A DNA stretch of 41,224 nucleotides from Rhizaria sp. SCN 62-66. Its lineage: Eukaryota. The DNA is taken from assembly GCA_001724265.1 (NCBI GenBank), contig MEDY01000278.1, positions 1 to 41,224 of the forward strand, in the 5' to 3' direction. The translations under genes and the position numbers were made by a program. The notes below the pieces were generated by a model that was given only the letters and a program-made list of their open reading frames with translations, was not told where the DNA came from and did no database searches. Every line of letters starts with the position of its first letter. The first letter of the stretch is position 1. Below, one piece after another: positions 21,835-35,800 of this stretch.

Positions 21835-24800
21835 ATGTCTGCCTTTACGCAGCGAGCGCCTCCGCTGCACGCTGGCAACACCAGCAACACCCATGACAGT
21901 CCCGAGCTCGAGCTCGCACCGTTGAGCATCGCCACCACAAAGCAGTCGCAGCCGCCGCAGCCGCCACAGCCGCAGCAGCTGCAGCCGCGCCCTGTCGCGG
22001 CGCCCGCCCCGCTGCCGTTTTCGCGCTCGCTGGGCCTTACGACGCTCGAGTCGCGGCACCGCTCGCTGTGGTGCGCCGCGGCGCCGGTATCGCTGCTGCG
22101 CACGGCGCACGCCACGTCGCTCTCGCTCCCACGGGCCACGGCGCGCAACTGCTTCTGCGGCACGCTCGTCGCGCGGCTGGCCTGGCTCCTCGTTGCCGTC
22201 TGCGCGCTCGCGGCCGTGGCGACGCACAACGCGCGCGAGATCGTCGCCCCTGCGCGGCTCACCTTCGTGCCGGTCATCAGCGTGTCAATCTTCACGTCCA
22301 GCTCCAACGACTCTGCCACCGCCACCGCCGCAAGCGCCAACGCACCAAGCCCCCTTGCGGTCGACGCCGACGCCGCGGTTGTGCTGTCGCACGCCGCCAT
22401 GGGCGCTGCCCCGCCCAGCTCTCTCTCGTCGGCGCCCGGGCTGCTGTGGGCAGTGGCGCCCGGCGCGGCGCTGCTCGCGCTGCTACTGCTGCACGCGCTG
22501 CTAACCGCACTCTGGGCACGCGCCGCGCTGCGCGAGCCGCTGCGCGCCGCGGGCGCGGGACTGGGCGTGCTTGCTGCGGCGCTCGCGGCCGGCGCGGCGG
22601 CGGCGGCGGACACGGCGGCGGCGGCGGCGGCGGCGACTGAGGCAGAGGCGGAGGCGGAGGCGGGGACCGCGCTGCTGGCCGCCAAGACCGCCAGCAGCAA
22701 CGTTGCCCACAGCAGCAGCGGCGACGGCAACGCTCACGGTGGCGAGGCAGACGCTGCTGCTGTGGCTGTTGCCGTCGCGGCCGTGACCGCTGCTGCAGTC
22801 GCGGAGGCCACCGCGGCCGCGTTGAGCCCTGCTGCCGCGGGAGCAACGACTGCCGGTGCCAACGCTGGCGCTGTGACGACCACCGTCACTCCGCTGCTGC
22901 TCCCTGGCACAGTCCTCAACGCGAATAGCGACGGTAGCAGCAACCAGGGCCACGGGAGCAGCAGCGCCGCCAACGCGTCGTCGTCGCTCGGCGGCATCCG
23001 CGTCTACCGCGACGGCAAGTGGCGTCCGCTGGCCACGGGCCCCATCGCAGCGCGCGTGGCGACGCACACGCCGCCCACCTTGGACCCCGTGACCAACACG
23101 CAGGGCGGCGACGGCGCCGGCCGCAGCGGGGGCGTGAACGCGTACGGCAACGCGACGGGGCCCACCTCGCCAGGCGGCGCGGGGGCAGCGGGTGCGAACC
23201 TGAGTCTGAACATGCTCGGCGTCGGGCTGGGGCTGGGCGCGTCCGACGCTGACGGCAGCGTGGGCGTTGCGTCGCTGGCGCCTGGAGACGTGATCGCGCC
23301 CGCCGGCAACAACAGCCACGCGAGCGCGAGCGCGACTGGCAATGAGTCCCACACCGCTGGTGCGGGTGCGACTGGGACACACAGCAGCAGCAGTGGCGGC
23401 AGTAACAGTATTCCGGGACTGGGGCTGGAGCTCGAGTGGGAAAGTCTGGCCGGCGTTTCGCTGCCACTGCTGCGCATCGCCGTTGTCGATAACGACACGA
23501 CCACCATCATCACCACGACAACAACGACGGCTGCGAGGAGTGGAGGCATCCCACAGTCCAGTGTCAGCGGCGCCGGCTACGACGGCGTGGGCGTGAGCAA
23601 AAAGCGCACGCGCTCGCTGCTGCCGCTGTGCTGGCTGGCTCAGCAGGAGCTCGCGGCCGTGTTCCCCACCCCGCAGGACCAGCGGAAGCAGCAGCAGCTG
23701 CGCGCGCAGCACCAGCTTTACACCCGCAACAGCACCAGCAGCAGCGGTGCCAACGATGCGACCGGGGCCAGAGGCAAGGACGAGGACGGTGAGCTGTTCT
23801 ACAAGCTGGCAGACACCGCGACCGCGCTTTCGTGCGCACACTCCCTCATTAGCTCTCAGACAAACATTAACGAGGATGATGCCGCCGCGGGTGCGCGTGA
23901 CGTGGAGGAGTGCGCTGCGGCGAGGCACGCGCTCTGGTCCGCGGCCGCGGGCTCCGGCGCCAACGCCCTCGTCGCCCGCCTCACCAACACCGCGGCGCAG
24001 GCCCTCGGCGACCGCGTGAAGTGCCACCGGGACCGTGCGCACGGCCAGCACAGCGAGCACGATGGCGAGAATGACTGCGAATCTGAGTGTGCGCGTGACT
24101 ACGACTCTGGGTACGAAGCGAGTGTGATTCGCGGGCTATGTACTGGCACTGTGCCGATCCCGCTGCCGTTGCCGTTTGCCGCAGCTACAAACAATAGCAC
24201 TGGCAACGCTCGCAGCAATGATAGCGGTAGTGACAGCGATGATGACGACTCTGACACGGGATCGAGCAGCGCCTGCACGGGCGAAACCCAAGCTCCGTGG
24301 TCGTGGGGACTGGTTCCCGTCGGCTCTGTCCACTTGCCTCCTCTCATCTCGAGCAACAACACGAGCATCGACACCAACAACTACAGCGGCGGCGGCCGCG
24401 AGCGCAGCAGCGACCACGGGCGCGTGCTCTGGGCACCCGCGGTCCGCGGCTCCCCGGTGCCGGCTCACATCAAGGCCTTGCTGCCCGCGATCATCCTGCC
24501 TGGGTCCGCGCCTACGCTGACTGAACATCACCACAACCACAATCACAACCACGGCCACGGCCACCATCATGCGCACGATCACAGCCATGCGCACGGCCAT
24601 GCTGTGTCGCTGGCGGCGCTGTCGGGCGCTGGTGTTGTGCGTCGGTCACAGTATTCACACAACAAGATCGCCACCGTGCCTGCGCCTGTGGCTGGGACCA
24701 ATCCCAACGCTCACTTCAACACACGCGCGAGCAATGGCACAAGCTTGCACACTGCGGACTACGCGTCGAGTGCTAATGCGAACGTCAATGTCAGCGTGAA

Positions 24801-26836
24801 CGTGAATGTGAGTGTCACAAGCAAGCTCCACGTTCGTTACGTGTACGTCGTTCTCAGCGCGGTCGCCGCAGCGCACACACAGGGACTTGTCGCTAAGTAC
24901 CACGCGTACAACCATGCGCCCGATGAGCCAGCATCGACACTATCGCCGTCTCGGTCCCCTGCCGCTCGCCACAGCCACCACCACAACCTCAGCGACGACT
25001 GTGTCCGTGCTAGAGTTGACTGGAGCGAGATTGCCGCAGCACTCGCGCCGTTGAGTCCGCGCCCGGCGTCTCTTGCCGGCGCTGCGTCTGCGCTCGCTGC
25101 ATCGTCGTCGACATCGAGCTCGTTTTCTTGCACTCGCCGCCCCAGCTCGCGCCCGAGCTATCAAAGTGCCCGCTGTTCTAGTGCGAACGAGCGCAGCTGC
25201 TGCTTTCGCGGCCGGCTGTTCTGCTCGCGCCTGTTTGCGCCGTCCGCATCCTCTGCTGCGGCGGCCGCGATTGACTGGCTGCTGTCGCCGCACAGCAACT
25301 CGCGCGCGCCGTGGGACTCCAAGCCGACGGCTGCGAAGCGAAGCAGCAACGACAATGACGACGCAGACGACGATGACGACTACTATAACCAGCAGGTGAG
25401 CAACAGCATTAGCGCCTCGCAGCCCCCGCCGGAGCGCCCCGTGCCCCGGCCGCCGCGTCGCCTGCTGTGGGGTCTCTCTGCGGCCGGCGCGGCCTCCAGC
25501 CCCGCCACCAGCGCCGGGCTCGGCGGCGCCGCGGTGGCGAAGATCGTCCACCTCGCGCTGTCCACCGCCGTCGCTGCGCTCCTGGTGACGTTTGTCGCGG
25601 GGCTCATCCGCGTGTTCCTGCTCCGCGTGCCGCGCCAGTCGCTGCTCGCGACCTCGGCTGCGGACCCTTCGCAGACCGCGGCCGAAGCGGAGATCGCCGC
25701 GCTGGCCGCGGCCGGGGGCTCCGCGCCGCTGCTCGCAGTGCTGCTGACGCAGTCCCCAGCGCAGCTGCCGTCCGCCGCGGCCGCGCTGGCGCCCGCGGCC
25801 GTGCGCGCCGTGCTGCTGGACCCGCTGCTTGCGGCGGCTCCCGCGCTGGCCGCCGCGGCCGCGCTCGTGCCGCTGCTCTCGGCCGCGGCGCGCGCGCGGG
25901 CGGGCGGAGTGCTAGTGCTGCTCGTCGCTCAGCTCGTGCGGCGCGCGCGGTCCTCGGCCGCGGCCGACGCCAAGGTCGAGGCCGAGGTGTACCAGGAGGA
26001 GGCCGCCGAGGACGAGGCCGTGCGCCGCGAGGCCAGGGAGCGCGTCGGCGAGCTTGCCAATGAGGGCCAGTACAGCAGCGAGAGCGGTGGCAGCGCGAGT
26101 GAGGGCGAGGAGGAGGAGGCTGCGGCCGTGGCAGCGGAGGAACAGGAAGGCGGCGGCGGCGACGCCGGGGACGGCGGCCTGGGCGGGCGCGGCAGGGGCG
26201 ATGAGAGCAGTCGCAGCCACAGCAAAAACAGCCGTTCTTCGTCCTCCTCTTCTTCTTCGAAAGCTCGGTCGCATTCGCGCTCGCGCTCGCACTCCCAGTC
26301 GCGCGACTCGCAGTCGCAGTCGCGTGCGCGCCGCCGCGAGCGCGAACGCGAGCGTGACCGTGACCGTGACCGTGAACGTGACAGCAGCAGCCGCAGCCGC
26401 AGTCGTAGTCGCAGTGATAGTCGTCGCCAGCGCCGTCGTCAGCGTGAGCGCGCGCGTGAGCGCGAGCGCGAACGTGATCATGATAGCTTCAGTCGCAGCC
26501 ACAGTCGGAGTCGCGGCCGGGACTACGGCCGCGACCGAGACCGTGATCACGACCGTGAGCGCGAGCGCGATCGTGACTACCGTGAGCGCGAGCGTGATCG
26601 TGACTATGACCGTGACCGCGACTATGACCGCGGCTACGATCGTGATTACGATCGTGATAACGGCCGCGATATTGATCGCGAGCACTATCACTTGCCGTTG
26701 CCGCCCCCCGTTGTACCCCCGCTGCCCCAACTCAGTGACCAGTCGAGCAGCCACAGCCGCAGCAGCCGCAGCCGCCGCAGCAGCCGGAGTCGCGGTAGCA
26801 AGCGCAGCCGCAGCGGCGACAGCAGCAGCGACTCTG

Positions 26837-26870
<34 letters not shown>

Positions 26871-29800
26871 GGACGGCAAGGCGACGGGGCTCGCCGCCGA
26901 GCGCGCGCGACGTGGCGACCGCCGTGCCGCGATTGAGGCCGCGGCGCGCAACCGGCTGAAGAAGAAGAAGAAGGGCAAGGGCAAGTCGGGCAAGAAGAAG
27001 AGCAAGCGCCGCACCGCCTCGTCCTCCAGTTCGTCCTCGTCGTCCTCTGAGACCGAGACCGACAGCGGTTCGGAGTCGTCTTCATCGTCTTCGTCCCGGT
27101 CGGCGAAGTCGCGGTCGTCGCAGTCGCTCGCGTCGGCGCTTGTCGTCGCCGGCGCCCGCCCACCCCGCGACGAGCGCCGCCGCGCGCGCCGCCGCGGCAC
27201 CCGCCGCAGCCGCAGTCGGAGCCGCAGTCGGAGCCGGACGGACACCGGCAGCCACAGCAGCAGCCGGGACTGGAGCACCACGCCGAGCAGCGACGACAGC
27301 GGCGGCGACGGCGACGATGAGAGCTGGGGCAGCGAGGTGCGCCATCTCTCCGCGGGCGAGGAGCTGGACGACTTGTTCTCGGAGTCGGAGCTCGATGACG
27401 GGAAGAAGAAAAAGAAGAAGGATGGTGCTCGCGAACGCGAACGCGACCGTGACCGTGACCGTGGACGTGGCAAGGGCGACCGCGATCGTGACCGTGGCCG
27501 TGAGCGTGACTCCGGGCGCTATCGTGACCGCGACCGTGAAAAGGATCGCGATCGTAACCGCGACCGTGATCGCGAACGTGACCGTGAGCCGAGGCGCACT
27601 GACCGTGAGCGCGATCGCGACCGCGAGCGTGACGGCAAGCAGTCTCGCCGTGACCGCGACCGTGAGCGGGACCGTGATCGAGACCGCACTCGCGACCGCG
27701 ACCGCGAGCGTGAGCGAGACCGTGAGCGAGACCGTGAGCGAGACCGTGGACGTGATCGTGACCGCGGTCGCAAGGACCGTGATCGTGATCGTGACCGCGA
27801 CCGAGACCGTGAGCGTGAGCGTGATCGTGGTTACAACAGCCATGCCATTGTTACCCGCGACGGGGATTCTCTTAGCGGCCTCGCAGACGACATCTCAGTC
27901 ACCGGTGCCGGCTTTGCGAAGGCCAACACCGATGCTGTTATCAGTGGCAACGACGACCGTGACTCGTTTGCGAGCTCGCAGCGCAGCGCGCGCGGCAGGA
28001 GCGGCCGCCGCGGTCCGTCTGGGTCGGCGCGCAAGCCGCCGCCTTCGTCGAAAAAGCAGCAACAGCAACAACAACAGCAGGTTCAGCAACAACAGCAGCA
28101 AGAGTTGGCGCTGGCGCACCTGCGTCGGTTTGACACGGACTATCACGATGACGACGGCCTTGACAGTCTCAGTGGGAGTTATGTCGACGTTGACGCGGAC
28201 GGCGACCTTGATCTCGACGACCTCGATGACCTCGGCATCGACGATGATGACGAGGACGCTGGCGATAATCGCCACCACCGCCATCACCACCACGGTTCGC
28301 GCGGTGCTCACACCACCAAGCTCCATCGCCACGGTGGCGACCACGATGACCTCGACGATCTCGGCATCGACAACGACGAAGAAGACGGCCTCCTTCCCTA
28401 CGCACAAGCACCGCAACAGCAGACGTACAAGCCTAAGCAAAAGCAGCAGCAGCGAGTTCGCAAAGACTCCCTTGACGACATTGGCGACGAGATTGGTGCC
28501 TCTGACGATGAGCAGGCTCACGGTATCCGTTCCTCTGTTGCAGCGGCCGTTGATGCCGTTGCTGTGGCTGCTGTGGCTGTGCCACGCAGCACGCGCAGCA
28601 GTCGCCGTAGTCGCAGCGACAAGAGCAGCGTTGTCAGCGGTGGCGCAGAGGCTGTTGACGATCTCGACGATTTAGACATCGACAGCAACTACAGTGCTCC
28701 AAGCAAGGGCAAGGGCAAGAGCATGGGCAAGAGCAAGCAGCCTGCTGCTGTGACGACGAGCCCCGGCGCTGCCGGCGCTGCGAGTCGGTCTCGGTCGGGC
28801 AGCGCGGTGAAGCCCAAGTCGACTCCGCGCCGCACTACTTTCGACGACGACGGCGACAGTCTTGATGACCTCGGGGAAGAAGTCGAGGTTCAGGAGGGGC
28901 TTGGCTCAGACCTAGGCCTTGACGATGACGGCCATGACAGCGACGACATTGTCACCAGCAGCAGCAAGCACGGGCGCGGTCAAAAGCACGAGCCGTCACC
29001 ATCGCCGTCACCTGCGGCTGCTGCGGCCGCTGCTGCTGCGGCTGCGGAGGCGGCTCTGATGGCAGCCGCTGCCAAGGCCGCTGCCGCCGCTGCTGCACGC
29101 GCCAGCGCAAGTGCCAGCGCCCGTGTCAAACCGAGCGCTAAGGGCAAGAGCTCTGCAGCGACGCCATCGCGGAAGCAGGGCCGCGGCAGGAAGGGCGGTG
29201 ACGAAGAAGAGGTCGAGGAGGAGCTCGGTGACGGCAGCAGCGACTCCGACGACTCGTTCTGGAATGACGGTTTCACGGTGACGAAAGTTAAGCCGTATAA
29301 GCCTGCTCCACAGACAAAGCAGCAACAACAGCAGCATCAACAGGCGCAGCGTCGTGCCGCCGTTGCCGCCGCACTTGCCACGAATACTGCACGGACAAAC
29401 ACGACAGCGTCGACCGGCGGCTCGAGTCGTGGCAAGAGCAGCAGCAAGAAGAGTGCGAACAAGCCCGACGACGAAGACCTTGACGACCTCGATGACCTGG
29501 GCGTCACAGTCGTCGGCGATGGACCGCGCCAGAGCCACAGCCGCGGCCCCAAGGGCGGGCAGACGCCTCGCCGCAAGTCTTCGGCCGCTGAGGAGGAGGA
29601 CGACGACGATGACTGGGGCGCGCTCGGCGCGAACGAAGTCGCCATCGAGTATGACTCCGACGAGTCCTCCTCGCACGCCACGCTGCGCACGATCGCAACG
29701 ACGCGCGCGCCCCCGACGGTCGCCCCGCGCACGCTCAAGGGCGGCCGCAGGGACGGCGACACCACCACGGACTCCGAGGCGGACTCGGACTCGGACTCGG

Positions 29801-32800
29801 ACTCGGACTTCTACAGCTCGGACTCCGATTCCGACTCCGACTCCGACTCAGAGTCGAGCAAAGCGAGCTCGGGCGCGCGCAGCGGCCGGGGGCGTCTGAC
29901 CCAGGACCCCATCGCGGCCCGTCGTCGCGCTGCCCGCGCTGCTGCCGGCGCCGCCGCTGCCGCTGCTGCTGCTGCCGCTGGCGCTAATCCTGAGGAAATC
30001 GCTGCAGCGGCCGCGGCGGCACGGCGCGAGGCGCGGCAGAAGCAGCGCCGTCGCGCCCGCGCGCGTAACCGCCGGCACGGTGTGCTGGAGAGCGACGGCG
30101 ACAGCGGCAGCAGCAGCGTGGCGTCGTCGGCCGGCGGACTGTACCGGCGCCGCACGCGCCGCGACGACGACGCCGAAGAGATTGACGCCGACGGCGATGA
30201 AGAGGATGAAGACGAGGACGAGGATGAGGGGCCTCAGGAGGCCCACGACGCCGAGACGAACGGCAACAACGCCGATGAAGGTGCTGATGAGCAAGCTCGG
30301 CTCGTCAAGATCGAGAGAGCCCGAGTCCGCGCCCGCGCTCGTGCCGCTGCTGCCGCCGCTGCGACGGACGCTGGTGCAGACGGGGCGAGCGCCGGTGCCG
30401 ACGCCGCTCAGGCGGACCGCGAGCGCCGTCTCACCCGCGTCCGTGCCCGCACTGGCGCTAGCGTTGGCGCTGGCGCTGATGGAGCTGTCGCCCGCCACAC
30501 AGCTGCGCACAAGCATAGAGCCGGCGCTGGCCACGGTACTGCCGCCGTTGGCCACCCTGGCGCTGGCACGAGTGCGGGCTTGGGCATTGGTCCCGATGAC
30601 GCAGCCGCTGCAGCTGCGCGCCGCCGCCGCCGCGCTGCCGCCGCTGCTGCGGCGCGCGACGCGAGCGTGTCTGGCTGGGAGTCGCGCGAGAGCTCGCCCG
30701 CGCGCGGCCGCCGCGGCAGTACGTCGGTTGTGTCTGCGCGCACCGTGCTGCCCGGCGAGCGCCGCAGGATGCGCAAGGAGCGGCTGCGCGAGCGCAAGCG
30801 TCTGCACAGGCTGCAACACCAGCAGGCGCGCGCCCGCGCCGCCGCCGCTGGTGCCGTCGCTGCCGCTGGTGCCGAAGCCGTGAGCCCGGGCGGAGCGCTG
30901 CCGCATGGCGCGACCGCGGGCGACGCTGCCGCAGAGTCTGCGGCGCCGTTCTCGGTCGCTGACTCCGTCACAGGCGTGGTCACTGGCACTGTGCGCGATA
31001 GCGCGCTTGCACCGAGCTCGCAGCGCAGGCAGCGCGACGGCGCCCGCGCCGATTTGTACGGACGCAACGGGGCGCGCACGCGCAGCACGCGTAACGGCCG
31101 CCGCGCGCGCAACCGCGGCCCCAGTCCTCCGTCGCGCGCGCGGTCAGATCTGTTGCCCAGCCTGACCTACATCACCAACAACAAGACGACTACTCAGCCC
31201 AACGCTGCGGGCGACGCCTCTGCTGCTGCAACTGGCGCTGATGCGAGCGCGCAGCCCAAGGTGCAGCTGCGGCCGCCGACGGGCCTCTCGGGGGCGATGC
31301 GGCTCACCTTGATGCGCTGGTTTGCAGCCGGTGTGCACTGGGCTCGTGGCACGGTCGCAGGCGCCGGCGTCAGCAGCAGCGGCGGCGTTCCAGGCGCCCT
31401 CAGCGGGGCCACCAGCGGCGACGGGATGGACACGGCGCTGACCGGCATAGCCAGCCCGCGCGACGATGACGACGACGACGACCGGCAGCGTGATCGCGAC
31501 CGCGACCGTGGGCGTGGGCGTGACCGTGACCGCGATCGCGATCGCGACTACGACGATGATAATGATGAGGACGAGCGCGACGGGCGACGCCGCCGCCGCA
31601 GTCGTAGTCGCAGTGACTCGCGCTCGCGTCTATCGAAGTTAAGCCGCCACAGCAAGAGCTCAACGACGCGCGTTGACTCACGTGCGTCCTCATCGTCTTC
31701 GTCATCTAGCTCGTCTTCCTCGTCTTCGTCTTCTTCTTCCTCGTCTTCGTCGTCATCATCGTCGTCTTCAGCGTCATCACTCTTCGACTCTGACTCGTAC
31801 TCCATTTCGTCCGGCGCCGCGGGTGCCTTGGCCGAGGTTGAGAGTCTACTTGGATCATGCTGGCCTGCGCCTGCCGCGGCGGCCGCGGCGGCCTGGGGCC
31901 TGCTCGCCGCCCCCGGTGCACCTCTTGTCGTGCTTCCGCCGTCTCAGCATGCGAGCGCTCTCGGAGAGCACGCGAGCGCGAAGACGAAGAGTAAGGGCAA
32001 AGGGAAGGAGAAGGACAAGCATGGAGGCAGTCGTAAAACGGTGACTTTCGACCTTGGGAACAACAACGCCAACGCTCATACCGACAGCAAAAACAACTAC
32101 GCATCACATGGTCGCGCTATCGACTCGAGTTCTGCCGCTGCAAGCCGTGTTAGCGCAAGTCATCGCCATCCGCCGCCTTTCTGCGTGTCTCCGCACGTGT
32201 GCTCTCTGCGCCGCGCGTACGGGCTCGAGTCCCTTCTGCCTCTCACGTCATCGCCTTTGCCGTCGAATGAACCATCGAATCGCGCTTACAATCACGGTGT
32301 TTCTGGCGGCTCTCGCAACAAGCGTCGGTGCTCCGCATGTAGCGCGTGTGCAACGTGCTGCCCTTGCGCGCGCGCGCACGCACGTGCTGTGATGGTGGCG
32401 CTCTTGACCGAGACCGATAATGAGGCGATAGCAGCCGCTTGTGCGACTGGCAAGGGCGCCGGTGGCGGTGCGGGTGCGAGCGCCGGCGACGCGGCTGCGA
32501 GCGCGCAGAACAAGAGCGGCAACGGCAGCAGCAGCAGTGATAGCAGTAGCAGCAGCGAGAGCACCGACAGTGACAGCGGTAGCAGCAGCAGCAGCAGCAG
32601 CAGCGAGAGCAGCGACTCCGAGTCCGAGCGCGCGCGCGAGCCCGCGACCGCGACTGCCTCGGCTACGGCTGTCGCGGCTGCCGCCAAGCGCGCCGCCGCC
32701 ACACCTTCCTTGCGGACTTCAGTCTTCCTCCCGTCCCCCGGTCTGCTTTCGCTTCCGACAGTCGAGGCGCTCGCCGCGGCCGGCGTGCTGGGGACCTTGG

Positions 32801-35800
32801 ACCGCCGCGGGATCCTGTCCGAGACCGCGTCATCGCCGGAGCACCTGCTGCTGGTCAAGGGCGGGCGCGCGCACGTCGTCGACATCGCGCCGAACCCCGA
32901 CTCGATGACCGGGCTCTGCCTCCTGGGTAACGTCGACACCATCGACGCCGGTCTGCGCCCGCTCATCTTGGCCGCGATTCTCAACTCGGACTGCAACCTC
33001 AGCGCGCGCCACACGCCCGCGGCCGCGCTGCTCGCCGCCGCGCACGGTGCCGGCGCCGCGCCAGAGGAGTCCGCGCTCGCGGGCCGGCTCGCGCGCGCCG
33101 CGGGCACTGCGGCGGCCGTCGCGGCGGCGGCAGTGAGTGCTGGTGGAGCGGGCACCGCAGGCGGAGCGCTGGCTGAGTCGCTCGCGATGGCGTCTGTTGT
33201 GGTCGCCGCAGCGCCAGCGGCCGCGGAGGCGGCGGTCGCCGCCACTGCGATCATTCCGCCACAGACAGCGCCTGCCGCTGTGTCTAGCGACAGCAACAAC
33301 AGTGCTAACGGTCAGAGCGAGAGCGATAACAGCCTTGCAGCGGCATCCGCGGCCCTGCGCGCGCGCACGCGCGCCCGCGCGACCCGGCTGCGGCTGGCCC
33401 GCGACAAGACGGCCGCGCTCAGCGTTGCGACCGCGTCCGCGTCGCACGTACCCTCGTGCCTGTGTCTGCTGGCCCACGAAGCCGGGTTTTCGGTGGACGG
33501 CATGCGGTATCAGTATCCCGTCACCAAGACCGTGCTGGACCTTACTCTGGAGCGCACGCACGCCGCGTCCCACCTTAACACCACCACGGCCGGCGGCCCC
33601 GCGGTGGGACAGAGCGCGCACGCGGTCGGCGGCGGCGTCAGCGTGCACTCGATGCTCATGGTGTCCGTGTCAGACCGCACCGCCGTGCTCGCTGCGCTCT
33701 CGGACTCGCTCGCCGACGCCCGCGTGCGCCTCGCCTCCGTCCTCCGCGCGCTGGCCGCCGAGGAAGCGGCTGCTGTCAGCAAGTCTGACGAATCGAATGC
33801 GGCTGCTCTGGCCGCGGCGCGCGCTTTGGCGGGCGCTTTGAACGTTTTGGCCACGCAAGAGGAGGCAAAGGAGCGCGCGATTGAGCTCGCATACGCCGCG
33901 GCCGACGCGCAGGCTGAGGCCGAAGCTGCAGCGGCCGCGGCTGTTATTGCAGCAGCGGCTGCAGCGGCTGCGGCGACTGGCGGCAGTAATGCCAGCGACA
34001 GTGTCCGAGCTGCGGCTGCGCTGAGTGCGACGACGGCGATGTCGACCGCGGCGACTACGGCTGCGGCGGACGCGGCCAGGCTCGCTGTCGCCGCGGAAGC
34101 TGCGGTAGCTACCGCCGCGCTGGCCTGGGCTGAGGCCGAGGCCATGGGCGTCGACATGGAGGATGGCGATCTGTGTGACGACGACTGCGACGACCAGCAC
34201 GAGGACGCCGCAGCTGGCACACTGGTCGTTGCGACCAACGCGAGCGCGAGCCCTTATAATGACGGCCAGAGTCATAGCCACGACCATCGCCGCACGCGCA
34301 ACAACTGCGAGTGGTGCGGCACCGCCAACGCGCCCTCCACGCCAGTGACTCTGCCCACCGTCACCAAGCCACCGTCGTTCATTCAACAGCAACAAGACTC
34401 CACCCCTGTCCATGTCGCCGAGAGTGCCGATGGCCCGAGCGCGAGTGGCGCTGGCGCGCCGCCGACCCGCCTCTGCCTACACTGCTGCCGCGCCGCTCTG
34501 GCGGACGCCCTCGAGCGCCTCGGCATCCCTACAGCGAGCTTCCTGCCCGGTAGCCATCCCAGCGCCGCCGCGAGCGGCCACTTCCTGCCCCCGCTGCCGG
34601 CCCCCGCGCCGTCCGTGGGCCTGCTGCCGGCGTACCGACCGCTGCCGCCACTGGGTGCGCTGCTGTCGTCGCGCGCCGCCAAGCGTGTGCAGCGCGCCGG
34701 GCTCCAGGTCTTCTCGCGCGGCGACCCGGGGCTAGTTCTGGCTGCCTGCCGCCGCGCGTGGGACGCTGACGCCGCGGCCACTGCGCGCGCGGGGGGCGCC
34801 GACAGCAGCGACGACGACGACGACGGCGACGGCGCGGGCGCCGGCGCCGGCGACGGCCGTGAGGGCAACGCTGGCGACGCTGGCGACGGCGACGGCGCGG
34901 CGGGCGACGCCGGCTGCGCCTGTGATCGTGACCGCGACGCTGACGGCGACAGGGACCGGGACGCCGGCGGCGGCGACAGCGGCGGCGACAGCGGCAGTGA
35001 CGGCACCGCGGGCGCGCTCGGCGCGGGCTGCGGCAGCGCCGACTGTCTCGACTGCAACCCCCGACCTGACAGCAAAAATAGCTGCAGTATCGATGCCATG
35101 CAGAGCATCACGTGTGGCGGTTGTGGCGAGGGGGAACAAGGATGCGTTTGCGTCTGCACGTGTGTTTGCTCATGCGATATCTGTCACACTGCCGCGACCG
35201 CTCTGCGCACCGCCGTCGCTGCCACCGCCGCGGCTGCCGCTGCCACGGCCGCCGCCGCTGCTGCGGCCGAGGAAGACGAGAACGAGGCAGCTGCGGCTGC
35301 GGCAGCGCTGGAGCGCAAGTACCAGCGCAAGCTGCAAAAGAAGCGCCGCCGCAAGCGCCAGCGCCAGCGCCAGCGGCTTGAGAACCCTTTCGCCGAGTCC
35401 AGCTCCAGCTCTAGCTCCAGCTCTAGCTCCAGCAGCTCGAGCAGCTCGAGCAGCGAGGAAGACCAGGCCAGCGGCAGCGACACCGACGGCGACGACGACG
35501 AGGGCGAGCGGCTCAGCGACAAGCCCGGCGCTGCCGCTGTCGCTGCCACTGCCGCGGCCGCCGCGGCGTCTGCTGCGGCCACGACTGCGGCGGCTGCGGC
35601 TGCGGCTGCCGATGGGAACAGGGGCGGCTGCTCTGTGCAGCAGCAGTATCGCCTCGCTCGCAAGAATAGCTATGCTCTCGGCCACGCTGCTCACGGTCAC
35701 TTTGATGTTGGCGTGCCGCAGCAGCAGCAGCTCGACCTTCGCATGTGTCACCGCGCCGACTGCAGCTGCAGCTGCGGCGTGTGCCGTCTCCGTCGCTGCG

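Noticed and set aside
26336-27830. CRISPR array or mobile element in the repetitive region
   Set aside because: Repeats are degenerate in-frame hexamers with no unique spacers. No cas, transposase, RT, TIR or LTR signal was seen anywhere in the window.
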